Shown piece by piece: positions 25,674 to 38,786 of a DNA stretch of 64,000 nucleotides. Numbering within the stretch: the stretch's first letter is position 1; each line of letters opens with the position of its first letter. The notes beneath the pieces were generated by a model that was not told the DNA's origin, did no database searches, and saw nothing but the letters and a program-made list of their open reading frames with translations. The DNA lies in the NCBI RefSeq assembly GCF_006345805.1, contig NC_043007.1, positions 3,782,001 to 3,846,000 on the forward strand, in the 5' to 3' direction. Source of the DNA: Octopus sinensis (taxonomy: Eukaryota). The position numbers and the translations under genes are program-made.

Positions 25674-26252
25674 GTGCGTGGGAAGTAGTATGAACTGGCA
25701 TTTGGGGTTGTGATGGAATAGTGTAGGGTTAGCAATGCTCATCCCACGCCCTTCGGATTTTCTGCCCCCACCCCACCCCACCTCTCCTTCAGCCCTTTTT
25801 TTTTTTTTTCATAACATAATATAGATTACTAACCCCAGCCCAACGAAGAGGGCTGTCACCAGTCACTCCACCAGCTAGAAACAGCAACCAACTACCCTAC
25901 TGAAATCATGCCTTACTGTTTTAATGAACTTACTGGATAACATAGTGCTATATATTATTTAAATGATGGAACAGTCATGGCTGGAACGCCTTTGACCATA
26001 AGTCTGCATAACCTGGATGGGTAGGGTGAACAACAGCAAAAACAGTGCCCTTAATGCGACCATCAACAGTGGTTCTGTCACATGACACTTGTCAAGACTA
26101 AACATGTAAATCTCAACATCAACTCAATTGGTCACTCTTTCATTGTCTCTCATCTCTCTTTCTCTCCCTCTCTCTCACTCTCTCTTTTTCCCACTCTCTC
26201 TCTCTCTTTCATTCTGTTAATTTCTCTTTTTTGCTGCCTTTCACTCAGTCAG

Positions 26253-26288
<36 letters not shown>

Positions 26289-27016
26289 TTTCTTTCTGTC
26301 TCGATTTGTTCAATCTTTTTCTCTCTCTCTCTGTTTCACTCTGTCTGTCTGTCTGTCTCTCTCTCTGTTTCACTTTCTCTCTCTCTCTCACACACACACA
26401 TACATCCACTTTTTGTCTCTCTCTTTCTCTCTCCCTCTCTTGCACACATATCCACTCTCTTCTTTCACATACATATCCACTCGCTCTCTCTCTCATATAC
26501 ACCCACTCTGGCTGTCTGTTTCTCCCTCTCTCTCCCTTTCTCTCTCCCTTTCTCTCTCTCTCTCTCCCTCCCTCTCATTCCACTCACCAGGAAACAGTTT
26601 GATTTATTCCGCTGGAAGAATTAAACAAGTTTCATAACACCATCTCTGCTCCCCACCCCGTCCCTCTTGCATTCCTTCCTCCGTTCTCCCCCTCTCCCTT
26701 TCCCTTCCTCTACTCTCCTCCTTCTCTCTCTCCCCCTCTCTCTCCTTATCTTATTTCCTGCCTCTCTCCCACACTCACACATCTCCCACCCTCTCCTTTC
26801 TTTAATCTGCTTCACTCTCTACTAAGATGACTTTCGGTCACATTGTGTCACCAGATCTTTGAAGGTTTCTCAAGTAACCTCTGCCATTTCAACAAAACAA
26901 GAATATAAAGCACTTTATGGATGTGACTCCAGAGAAAGAGAATCTCTGCCTCACCCTTTTCTTCTTCTCTTTTTTTTACTGGGAAGCATGGAATTTCTAA
27001 AAGAGACTGTTCACTT

Positions 27017-27578
27017 CAGAGGTTTTCAAACAGCCTCCATATTTTTTTTGGGGGGGGGGGGGTTAACACAACAAAATAATAAACTGGGGATCCACAACAA
27101 AATTTTAAGGGTTCCTGAAAAAATTGCGCTTCAGATGTATATTGGTAAGGATTGCAAGAAATAGCTGGGTTCCTTTCTCTAACATTTTACATAGTTCAAC
27201 CTAAACAAGTTAATGTCATCACATCATCATCATTTAACATCCGCTTTCCATGCTGGTATAGGTTGGACGGTTTGACTGAGGAGTGGCAAGCTAGTAGGCT
27301 GCACCAGACTCCAGTCTGATCTGGCAGTTTCTACAGCTGGATGCCCTTCCTAATGCCAACCACTCTGAGAGTGTAATGGGTGCTTTTTATGCTCCACTGG
27401 CACAGGACCAGTCAGCTGGCACTGGCATTGATCAGACTTGAATGGTGGAAAACAAAGTAAGAATTTTGGATGAAGTTTCTATAAAACTATTTTTCCACAT
27501 GGAATGGCTCCGAGGGTCCACCAGAATAAAATAGTAATCAAAGGGGTTCCATAGATAAGAAATGGTTGAGAAACCCTG
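27017..27578 (+). mobile_element. hAT (Charlie-like) MITE interrupted by an RTE 3' fragment (27217-27445, -)
   Basis: TIRs cagaggttttcaaac / ggttgagaaaccctg; TSD only 5/8. Confidence 0.55.
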
Positions 27579-28125
27579 GTTTGGTTGTTGATGATTAGCT
27601 CCAGCTTATCCTTGACAACAGAGCTGACCTGTGATCAAAGTCTTTCCATAGTGACCATCCAGTTAAGTTATTGTTGCCGTTTTTGTTTTGTTGTAGGCAT
27701 AAGCACAGGCATGGATGTATGGGTAACAATTCTGCCTCTCAGAGATATGGTTTGGAGTTCAGTCCCATCGTGAGGTGCCTCAAACAGGTGGTAATACTGA
27801 AATAACCCCAGATTACCAAATGCCTTAGGAATGGAATTTGGTTGACGTAAACTGTGTAAAAGCTTGTGTGTGTATATGTGAGTATGTACATATGTGCATG
27901 CATGCATATTTGTGTGCATGTGCATATGTATGTACGTGTGTGAGCATGTGTATATGTGTATGTGTGTGTATGCATGCATACGTGTATGTGTACCTGTCTT
28001 TATGTTGACACTGCTGTTGCTTGTGTTTCCTAACGAGACTTTAAAAAAAAAATCAATATGTTCACCTAATAACCTCTTTAGAAAATGCTTCAGCATGGCC
28101 ACAGTCAAATGAAAGAAACTAACAA

Positions 28126-28157
<32 letters not shown>

Positions 28158-28500
28158 TGTACCTAGAATAACAGTATCAAATCTATCCTATTAGAGATAA
28201 AGGAAGGTTTGGTTGTTATTTCTAGCAGGTCAGAAGACTATGAAGAGCCTCTCATAATGAGAATTCAGTTTGAAACCAAAGTGATTGAGTTGTCTTCCAG
28301 TTATAAAGAATCCACTGAAGACTTTGTTTCCATTCAGTATTTCTAGAACATACCAGCTTATCAGAATCCATCACTTATCTAAGCTGTACCCATATAAGGA
28401 GCTGGATGCTGCAAGGCAAAACACCGAAACTTTGAATCAGTTTTGTCTTAACCGATGTAGTGTAGGGAGAACTAGAAACGGTTGACAAGAAAGGAACATA

Positions 28501-28800
28501 CATCATCATCATCATCATCATCATCATCGTTAACGTCCGCTTTCCATGCTAGCATGGGTTGGACGAGTTGACTGAGGACTGGCAAACCAGATGGCTGCAC
28601 CAGGCTCCAATCTGATCTGGCAGAGTTTCTACAGCTGGATGCCCTTCCTAATGCCAACCACTCCGAGAGTGTAGTGGGTGCTTTTACGTGCCACCGGCAC
28701 AAGGGCCAGTCTGGCTGTACTGGCAACGGCCATGCTCAAATGGTGCTTTTTATGTGCCACCTGCACAGGAGCCAGTCCAGCGGCACCGGCAATGGCCTTG
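28501..28800 (-). mobile_element. RTE 3'UTR fragment
   Basis: (CAT)n, reverse complement of the terminal motif, 2 tandem units. Confidence 0.85.
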
Positions 28801-29188
28801 CTCGAAAATATATGTACGGCAATGTCTATGTTTGGGAAGGCACACTCAATAATGTTATTTACCATTTCTGTGGTGTCCCCCCCACTTCCCCTTATGCCCC
28901 AAGCAGATGCTTATTTTAGTTAATTGGTTAATCTAGCAATTCCTGTTTTGCCTACAAAATCCAAACCAGTCAAAGCACACATTTTACATTGTCAAGTTAT
29001 TGTTGAAACAATGATCTTGATGTAGTGCCTTATTTGAGTAGGGAATTCTTAACAATATATCAAGGGGGAAAAAATGATAATGAGATGGTGGGCTGATGAT
29101 AGAATGGTTTGGAATCAGAGGAAAATGCTTTGCAGTAGTTTTAAATCCAATCAAGGTCAACTTTGCCTTCTAATTTTCTGGGAAATCA

Positions 29189-29553
29189 AGGAGTGGCTGT
29201 GTGGTAAGTAGCTTGCTTACGAACCACATGGTTCCAGGTTCAGTCCCACTGCGTGGCACCTTGGGCAAGTGTCTTCTACTATAGCCTCAGGCTGACCAAA
29301 GCCTTTTGAGTTGATTTGGTAGACAGAAACTGAAAGAAGCATATATATATGTATGTGTGTGTATATGTTTGTGTGTCTGTGTTTGTCCCCCCAACATCGC
29401 TTGACAACTGATGCTGGTGTGTTTGCGAATCGGCAAAAGAGACTGATAGAATAAGTATTAGGCTTATAAAGAATAAGTCCTGGGGTAGATCTGCTCGACT
29501 AAAGGCGGTGCTCCAGCATGGCCACAGTCAAATGACTGAAACAAGTAAAAGAG
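29189..29553 (+). mobile_element. SINE family A, near full length
   Basis: Family consensus. Confidence 0.85.
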
Positions 29554-29695
29554 CTTATTCTTTCCTACCTATTTACATAACATATTGATATTATTCTGTT
29601 AAGAAAGTGGGAGAGAGCACAAATTGCAGATTTGTGTATTTAAATGCTATTCTAGTTGATCAGACTATTCCATAGAAATTTTCTTGACAATTCGT

Positions 29696-29700
29696 AAAAA
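29696..29700 (-). terminator. Pol III terminator (T5) of the tRNA gene
   Basis: TTTTT on the minus strand, 5 nt after the discriminator base. Confidence 0.75.
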
Positions 29701-29705
29701 GCAAA

Positions 29706-29778
29706 CATCCCTGGTGGGACTCGAACCCACGGCCTCTGGATTAGAAGTCCAGCGCGCTATCCACTGCGCTACAGGGAC
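29706..29778 (-). tRNA. tRNA-Arg(TCT): tRNA-Arg, anticodon TCT, intronless
   Basis: GTCCCTG TA GCGC AGTGGATA GCGC G CTGGA CT-TCT-AA TCCAG AGGCC GTGGG TTCGAGT CCCAC CAGGGAT G: 73 nt, all four stems pair (G1-U72 wobble). Confidence 0.97.
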
Positions 29779-30747
29779 TAAGTGCTTACAACCAGCGACT
29801 GATTCTGTAGTGTAGCAAATGTCCAGTGGCGAGATGAAATATATTAACGTTTACTTGGTGATTACATAATGTTCAATAATATAATGATTTTGGCACTACT
29901 GAATGCATTCTGCAGACACTCGTCTACTTTTGCGTTCATTGCTGAATATCTCCGTGTTCTTTAAAGAATAATTAGAACTTTACTGGTTCCTTATAATTAA
30001 AGGTGAATTAAAACTATTTTTCGAGGCAAAAAATTACAAATTGAAAACAAAAATAACCGCGTAAAATTTTCAACTCCATGACTTTTATTCTCAGTTAATG
30101 GTTTTATTTTAAATTTAATTTTAAATAGATTTTAATTCATTTTAAACATTAATTACCAATAAGGGGGCAGTAAAGGTCTAATTATGTTCCAAAAAAAAAA
30201 AAAATTCTGCAATGGAAATAAAATATACGATGTTGTCGGTATGAATAGCTTCGATTGATCGATACAGTAAATAAAATAATATCCTATGTTTGAATGGTCA
30301 TACATCAAACCTGTTTCAAAAGACATGAAACAAAAGCAGTTGAGACTGACATTAGCAGTTGGGTTAATCGTCAGAGATGAAGGCCAAAATAAAAAACGGA
30401 ATGGATTCGAACTCAGAAAAATGGGGGAAAAAATGCCACTGACACGCCGGAGAAAGTTTTGATCAACGCGCGACCGATTCCGTCAACGAATCAGTTCTTT
30501 GCTATTCAGACATCGGTGTCTATACTTCTGAAGGCGGTCGATTTCACTTGTAGGAATTACCACTATCATCTAAAGTCATTTAAAATTAGGCTTACAGGAA
30601 TTTAATTAGATTACGGGGGTGTTAATTTAATTGCTATATATACATATATATATATATTGTTGCTTTTGATTATAATCACCCCATTTGATTTATCTTAAGT
30701 ACCATATTCATCTGAATTTTGCTGAAATGTATGTATGTATGTATATA

Positions 30748-30784
<37 letters not shown>

Positions 30785-31177
30785 ATGTTGTATGTATGTA
30801 TGTATGTATGTATGTATGTATGTATGTATGTGTGTGTATGTATGTATGTATGTATGTAATTATGTATGAATGTATGTATGTATGTATGTATGTATGTATG
30901 TATGTATGATGTATGTATGTATGTATGTATGTATGTATGTATGTATGAATGATGTATGTATGTATGTATGTATGATGTATGTATGTATGTATGTATGTAT
31001 GTATGTATGTATGTATGTATGTATGTATGATGTATGAATGTACGTATGTATGTATGTATGTATGTATGTGTGTACGTATGTATGTATGTATGATGTATGT
31101 ATGTATGTTTGTATGAATGCATGTATGTATATTACTGGAAATATTAAACGACAGCTGAGGTATTTCGGATTTCTGGC

Positions 31178-31514
31178 GAATATGCACGTGACCTGTTTGT
31201 TTATATTAGCAACAGCGCGGGAATCAACGGAATTTCGTTAATACGCAAAACGTTGATGATTTCATAGATTTTGAGCGAAAGGTAACAATTAAATTGAATT
31301 TGATGTTATCGAAGCATTACTATCGATCTCCTTCGTTTTCAGATTTGATGAATATGCATGTGACCTCGGTACCTGTGACCTCTTTGTTTATATAGCAACA
31401 GCGCGGGAAGCAACGGAATTTTGTTAGTTCACACGCAAAATGTAGAAGGTGTACATAGATTATGAGCGAAAGGCGAAACAATTAAATACAATTTAATATT
31501 ATCGAAGCATTACT
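31178..31514. repeat. Diverged tandem duplication (31178-31321, 31350-31514), candidate cis-regulatory module
   Basis: Colinear blocks gaatatgca(c/t)gtgacc, tttgtttata, tagcaacagcgcgggaa, caacggaattt, catagatt.tgagcgaaagg, ttatcgaagcattact. Confidence 0.8.
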
Positions 31515-31854
31515 GTCTTCCTATTGCTTTGTATTATTTTTTACGTGTGAATAAAGTAAAAACAAACAAAAAAATTGCTAATTTGTTATTCATCATTGGC
31601 AACTTAAACGAAATGTGGAAGACCCTTAATTATACATAAACATCCGACACCACATTCAAAAGAAAGCTATTCGTCTCCATAGATCAACACTCTACAACCA
31701 GTGACCCAAAGAAGCATTTATTTATTTATTCTTTCAGTTCTGCCACGACATCCCCTTTGGATCCGTCTCTGAAAAAAAACCAAGTTGCATTATCTCTTTC
31801 ATTTAAGTCACCTACAGACATGTCTTATCTTCTCCCATTATTTATATATGTATG

Positions 31855-32065
31855 TGTGGGTGGGGGTGTGTATGTTTGTGTGTCTGTGTTTGTCCCCGTC
31901 CCAACTCGATTAACAAGCGATGCGTCCCCGTAACTTAGCGGTTCGGCAAAGGGGACCGATAGAATAAGTACTAGGCGTATAAAGAAAACGTTCTGGGGTA
32001 GATTTGCTCGACGAAAGTCGGTGCTCCAGCATGGCCACAGTCAAATGACAGAAACAAGTAAAATA
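31855..32065 (+). mobile_element. SINE family A, 3' half, CpGs retained
   Basis: Family consensus from the TG repeat onward. Confidence 0.8.
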
Positions 32066-32442
32066 GTAGTGGAATAAAACATGTAATAACTTTGTAGACA
32101 TTTACAAAATCAAAAGTTTTTAACGATTTAAAACACCCTCCCCCACTCTTGATTGTTGAGTATATTCTCATGAGATAGAAACCGTCATCGATATCATCAA
32201 AGTCGTTATCGTTAGCAACGACAGCTGTTGTGTCTCAGGTTCTGGTTTCAAAAGAAAGTCAATTGTTATAATTTACATATTGACAACCAAGAACGGAACA
32301 GGAAAGAAAATTCTGAAGATGTCGTCATAGTTATTTGTAGAAAACTAGAAAACCTCACTAGAGATCGAGTCCTCTTACCTTCTCCCCACTCCGCCTTATT
32401 CTCCCTAAACTTGTCTCATTCTAAAGATGTATTTAAGTATAT

Positions 32443-32553
32443 AATACTCTCAATTTTGGTCAACTTGCGGAGTAGGGTCTCGGAGGAGATAGTGTTAGTT
32501 GAAGGCTACCAAACCTGCCACACACAGACAACTCAGCTTTATATATATATAGA
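32443..32553 (-). mobile_element. Non-autonomous Helitron, 5' fragment
   Basis: A|TCTATATATATATAAAG start; ~110 bp closely matching 44739-44850. Confidence 0.65.
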
Positions 32554-33149
32554 TAATAATAAAGACGACACTGCAAGCGAGAGCTTTTAACCGACCATCA
32601 ACATTTGGAATATTCGAGCCAGAATGGGGACCTTCCACCTGTTTTAAACGGCAGATAAATCTCCTGCAGCCAACACCCAAGTGTGTCTTAGAAAAAATAT
32701 GGCACAGGATAAGGTCGCCTTGCTTTGCCATGATGAGTCATTAAGGCGGGGACCTGGCAGAATCTTTAAACACATCGAACGAAATGCTTTGCAACATTTC
32801 TTCCGTTCTGAGTTCAAATGTCGCCCAGGTCAACTGTAATCAACTGACCCTTCTCCCTAAAAATTGCTGGCTTTGTGCCAAAATAAGAAAGAATATTCTA
32901 CGATTTATGGAAACTCACCTTACTTTACACTGATTATAAATAAACGTAATTAAAACTGATTATAAATAAACGTAAATTAAAACAAGTTGAAGTTTTTCTA
33001 GACGTTAATCGATGCAAACGCGAGTGGGTGTGACTGGAAATCGAAAATCTATTACAAACTTGACGCCTTTTTATTGGGTTTTTTTGGGGGGTGGGGGAGA
33101 CAAAATTACAGTCGCGTAAATTACAGGTGTATTTAATTTGTATTTTGTG

Positions 33150-33340
33150 AGTGTAGACGATAGGATTGTCAACGGAGAGTCAGGAGATGTCGAACGACAG
33201 TCAGTGAACTAATCATCTGCTCCTACAGGAAGTGGATTTGTATATATACCTGTACTATATATACACTCACCCGCTGAAACACGTCATTCCACTCAGCTGA
33301 TTTGTCATCGCAAAAGACAGGCGCGCGCGCGCAAAAGTTG
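33150..33340 (-). promoter_or_regulatory. Candidate promoter / first exon
   Basis: CpG-rich unique DNA with a (GC)6 run, caggaagtg (ETS-like), tgacgt, and a minus-strand donor CGG|GTGAGT at 33271/33270. No transcript evidence. Confidence 0.3.
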
Positions 33341-33374
33341 TGTGTATACCTTTTATATTTATTTTATTCATTAC

Positions 33375-33560
33375 ACTGCGGCCATGCTGGGGCACCGCTT
33401 TGAAGGATTTCAGCTGAAGGAATCGAACCCAGTACTTTATTTATTATTTTTTTTTTAGCTGGGTACTTTATCTATCGGTCTGTTTTGCCGAACCGCTAAT
33501 TTACGGGAACGTAAACACACCAATACCGGTTGTTAAACGGTGGTGGAGGGCAAACACAGA
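33375..33560 (-). mobile_element. SINE family A, 3' half, running into a 300-bp (CATA)n array
   Basis: Reverse complement of the family tail. Confidence 0.75.
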
Positions 33561-34304
33561 CACATATATACAACCACTCATACATACATGCATACATACA
33601 TACACACATACATACATACACACATACACACATACATACATACATACATACATACACACATACACACATACATACATACATACACACATACATACACACA
33701 TACATACATACACATATACATACATACACACATACATACACACATACATACACATATACATACATACACACATACACACATTCATACACACACACATACA
33801 TACATACATACATACTTACACACATACATACATACATACATACACACACACATACATACACTGCAGATTTGCTTGTCAGTTGCTTGACCGTAACCAGTTG
33901 AGCATGTCCCTTGGTGGCTGGCGATATGTGCATCTCTGATCACGAGCAGATGTAGTGGGGGAGCATAATAGCCATGTGTTGAGAGGAATTCTTTGGGGTT
34001 TTGATAATTCACCACTGGAAACATGAGTGTTTTGTTCATCATCCTTAAACAACCCTTATACAGGGACCTTTTGAGCGGGATGGGCTACTTGACCTGAAGA
34101 AAATTCTAACTGGGCCCCCACCTGCATAGAGGCTTTCATTGGTCCACATCACTCTTCGTAGTTGGGGCAGGGGTGAGGGTCGGTGAGTTTTTGCATTCAT
34201 TGATTACAGTAATGGTCTGCCAGTAATGATGGCAATTTCAGGGATTAGGGGTGGTGCAAGGGGCGTTTGGATTTCATTTTGTTTCCTTTTGTTTATAAAC
34301 AGGT

Positions 34305-34950
34305 GTCAAGCATGGCTGCCGTGTGGTGGAGAAGCTTGCTTTGTACCATGTGGTCTTCGGTTCAGTCTCCCTGCACAGCATCTTGGGCGAGTATTCCTAC
34401 TTTAGCCCCAGGCCAACCAACAACAAGTGAATGAATTAGGGAGATTGAAACTAGACATGTGGCCAGGTGGTTTGGCCGTTGCACTCATGAGGGCTAGATC
34501 ATGGGTTCAATTCCCTGATTGGGTGGTACCTTGTACTCTTGAGTAAAACACTTCATTTCACATTGCTCCAGTCCCCCTTTGATCAAGAGGGAGGGTGTTA
34601 ACCTGCTCAACTAGCCAGCAGGGTGGTGTCATTTGAAGGCTAAAACAATGCAAAAGTACATTGTGACCAGTGATGTGTAACAACATCTGATAGCCTGGTC
34701 GGTCATGCGATCACATGAGATGGAATCTGAAAGAAGCCTGTTGTGTGTGTGTGTGTGTGTTTGTATTTGCCGTCCTCTCATTTGACAACTGGTGCTGGTT
34801 TGTTTACATCCTTGTAACTAAGTGGCTCACCAAAAGAGACAGAATAGATACCAGGCTTAAAAATTAAGTCCTGGGTGGATTTCATCAATGGAACTCTTGA
34901 AGGTGGTCCCTTGGTATGGCTGCAACCCAATGACTGAAAAACACGTGTTT
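34305..34950 (+). mobile_element. Old SINE family A copy with a nested tRNA-SINE (34453-34715) carrying tail type 1
   Basis: Family A halves flank the insert; decayed TSD gagattgaaact / gagatggaatct; insert tail matches 5000-5115. Confidence 0.7.
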
Positions 34951-35318
34951 GTCTGCGTGTGTAGTGTATATATGTGTGTGTGTATGGTGTATGTTTGTGT
35001 ATTAAGTGTGTATTTGATTTCTTAGAAAATTAATAATTTCCAAGAAATTATTAAAGATAATGAATTCAGATTAATCACTTAGCTTAAATTGATATCATTG
35101 TTTTAGATAGGGAAAGGATGTTGTTGTTGCTGCTGTTGTTGTTGTTATGGTGGTGGTGGTGGGGAAAAGATATGTTGTGCAACATGAAGTTTTGGAATCA
35201 AAGTAGGATGGTGTCAAAGATAAAACGTCTACAATGACGACAGGTGGATTGGATGAAGGTTGACCCAGGGCTAAACACGACTGACAACAATAAGAAACAA
35301 CACAACTGTCAAAACATA

Positions 35319-35742
35319 GGCACAGGCATTGTGGTCGTGGGGTAAGATATTCGCTTCCCATCCACATGGTTATGGGTTCAGTCCCATTTGCATGGCATCT
35401 GGGGGTAAATGTCTTTTACTATAGCCCCAGGTCAACAACAGCCTTGTAAGTGGACTTGATAGATGGAAAGAACCTAATCATATACATAAATGTGTGTGTT
35501 TATGTTTGTTCTCACTGCTTGACAGCCAGTGTTAGTTTGTTTACATCCCTGTAACTTTGCAGTTCAGCATAAGGGATCAATGAAATAAGTAACAGGTTAT
35601 TTATTTCATAAATAAATCAATAAATGAATAATAATAATAAGAGCTGGGATTCATTTGTTTGACTAAAAAAAAATCCCTTCAAAGCAGTGCTCTAGCATGG
35701 CCACAGTCTAATGGATAAAACAAGTAAATGATAAAAGGTAAA
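35319..35742 (+). mobile_element. SINE family A, old copy
   Basis: Colinear with the consensus, CpG-decayed. Confidence 0.75.
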
Positions 35743-35770
35743 AGTCTTGTCAGAAATATCATGGAAATAG

Positions 35771-36003
35771 AAGGCGGCGAGCTGGCAGAATTGTTAGCAC
35801 GCCGGGCGAAATGCTTAGCGGTATATCATCTGCCACTATGTTCTGAGTTCGAATTCCGCCAAGGTCGACTTTGCTTTTCATCCTTTCGGGGTAGATTAAA
35901 TAAGTAGCAGTCACACACTGGGGTCGATATAATCAACTTAATCCATTTGTCTGTCCTTGTTTGTCCCCTTTGTGTGTAGCCCCTTGTGGGCTGTAAAGAA
36001 ATA
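35771..36003 (+). mobile_element. SINE family B, long tail
   Basis: Consensus; TSD agaaatatcatg. Confidence 0.85.
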
Positions 36004-36900
36004 AGAAATATCATGTCAAAGAAAGACCCCTAGTCACGGATACTTCCCTTCTTCCTCTAAATAAACGGTGGGACCTCACTGGCTTTGCTGCAATTGTAGC
36101 AGCAATGGAAACTGTGGCAATGAGAGATAATTCTTATCAACAAGAAAGATAACAGAGAAAAAACTAAACGTGAAAAATACTTCGTAGAAATCAAAGATTT
36201 CAAGTGGTTGGGTCAGAGTTAGATATAATTATGTCATAAAGTCATTACAACACAAGATAATTAGCCATTATCTTTGATTATTATTTCTATTATATAAATG
36301 GACCTAATTACCTGACTTATGCCACATTTAGGTAACACAACCTGTTCATCAAAGGTTTCACACTTCAAATCATTCGACTCAATTATTGTTGTTGTTGCTT
36401 ATTCCTGGAATTAACAAAATTATGACTAAAGCCATTCCACTTGTGATCATCCAGGTTTCTTGTTTTTTTTTCATGACTATATTAGCAAGTGTTATTTTTG
36501 TTTTTAAGACAGTAGGGGTGTGATTTGTGGGAGATTTGGCTGCTATGTCTAGCAAGTCAAGCAACCACATTGATGTTACTTCGTTTGAGTTCTACTGGGG
36601 TCATTCTAGTATGTGTATATCTAAATTTCCTCCTGGTACAAGAGTCATCTTCTCATATCAATTAATGGAGGTTGAATATTAAGAGACACTGGCTGAGAGC
36701 TCCATAAAACATTTACATTTGCTTTAAGCATTTTTATACCAACGTTACACAACAAGACTGCCATATTTTTCTGTGATACAAAACTGAAATTAAATGCAGA
36801 GTTTTTATCTTAATTTCGTTATAAGAATTTTTATTAAATTATATTCCAAACTCCTAATTGAAAATATCGAAATTATTTTGTGTTTGTATTTGTTGGATAT

Positions 36901-37216
36901 GTGGAGGCGCAATGGCCCAGTGGTTAGGGCAGCGGACTTACGGTCGGAGGATCACGGTTTCAATTCCCAGACATGGCGTTGTGTGTTTATTGAGTGAAAA
37001 CACCTAAACCTCCACGAGGCTCCGGCAGGGAATGGTGGCGACCCCTGTTGTACTCTTTCGCCCCAATTTTCTCTCATTCTTTCTTCCTGTTTCATGAGTA
37101 ATGCTGCGATGGACTGGTGTCCCGTCCAGCTGGGGGGAATACATAAGCCATAGAAACCAGGAAACCGGGCTCATGAACCTGGCTAGGCTTGAAAAGGGCA
37201 CATAAATAAAATAATA
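36901..37216 (+). mobile_element. SINE family C, tail type 2
   Basis: Same 5' ~180 bp as 4814; tail ctgcgatggactggtgtcccgtccag; 14-bp TSD atttgttggatatg. Confidence 0.88.
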
Positions 37217-38786
37217 ATTTGTTGGATATGATTCTTAAAACAAATACTGCTGTGTCTGAGAGTTGCCATGGTGCAGATGAAGAAGAGCAAAGAATGAAGA
37301 ACATGAATTGTGTGCCATGGAGAAGATGAAAAAGGTTTAGACCATTGACAAGATTACAAGCTGTGATCAAAAGATTTTGACAAACTAATTAAAAATCATT
37401 AATTAATCAATTTATTAATTAATTGATTATTAAATTGGTAATAAAATTGCAGTGAAATACAACCAGAGTGCAGATTTTATTAGTAGCATGCCTTTCCTGT
37501 GGTTCAAAAATAAATGCTGTGTTTAGTTATTTTTAGTAAATCCTTTCAAAATTTAATTCCTCTCCTATCGTTTCATATTCATCAGAAGAAAGATGGAGTC
37601 AAAGAGCTTCATAAGCCAATAAAGGAGCCTCTAAGCATTCACTTAACCTTCTAAAAACAGCAACCAAATCTCCCCCAATTTTCACCCTATGAAATAGAAT
37701 GAATGTAGTCTTAGATATACTTATATTAGAAAGGAAAAGAATGAAATGGTTAGGGATTGGACACTTTTGATTACAGCCCTGCCCCAGTTGGGGCTGACAA
37801 TGAACTCAGCAACAGCTGTTCAAGAATTTGGACCTGGAGATCTCCATTTCCAGGGACTTTGAGGGTCACCTCCCAGGGGTGTCGGGTGTCAACGAAGAGC
37901 CCTCGACTACAACAGGGCGACCAAAGTTTTTTCTTTTTTCCAAGGTCTGGGGTCTCCCGCCCCTAAGCCCTAGACCATCACCTAATCACCCTTACCCATC
38001 TTGTTGCTTAACAACAACAACAACTGAATTAAGGGTTCACCATAAAAGAACAGCACTATTTAATCAACATTTAGTGATTTTCCCATTATTTTCGACATGT
38101 TGTCTTAACGTTTGGGAAAGGTCAAGGAATTTGCATTTTTGTTGGTAAATTTTCTTCCCTAAGAAACATCAAATTCTTAAAGAATGTAAAGTGATATTGT
38201 ATGATGTTTATCAAAGGTGTTATCAACCTGACTGGCAAACCTTCAATTAATGGTGAAGGCAAAACTCCAGTTAACAGCACTCCAGCTATACACCCAATGT
38301 TGCACTCTGCTCTCTCTCTCTCTCTCCTCTCCTCTCCCCCTCTCTCTCCTCTCCGTCTCATCTCCTCTCTCTCTCTCTCTCTCTCTCTTCTAACAATACT
38401 TCAAAAAGTTTTACAGTTTTGTTTCTTCTGAAATTGATGATGGTAAATCACTTTCAGTTAAATCCACAAAACATGGCCACCTCTTCTTTGAACTCAGAAT
38501 GCAGCGGCAGACGAAATACTACTAAGCATTTCGCCCAGCGTGCTAACATTTCTGCCAGCTTGACACCTTAACAATTAAATACCTTGCAGGCATGGGTGAG
38601 TGATTAAGGAGTCCATCTGCAGTCATTAGAAGAACTCAGCTTTGATTCAACTGTGCAACACCTCAACAAAATGTCTATCAAAGCCTTGCCTTGACCCCAA
38701 ACCTTGTGAATCAGACTGACTAAACAGAAATCGGGCAGGTGCCAGGTTATTTGGCCTGTACCTGTTATTCAAAGACCAGGTTTATC

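Noticed and set aside
31178-31514. Duplicated module as a C/D snoRNA or snRNA pair
   Set aside because: TGATGA is not at equivalent positions in the two copies, and there is no matching CTGA D box, terminal stem or shared Sm site.
37757-38148. GC-richer unique stretch with overlapping ORFs
   Set aside because: No recognisable protein and no consistent splice frame; left unannotated.
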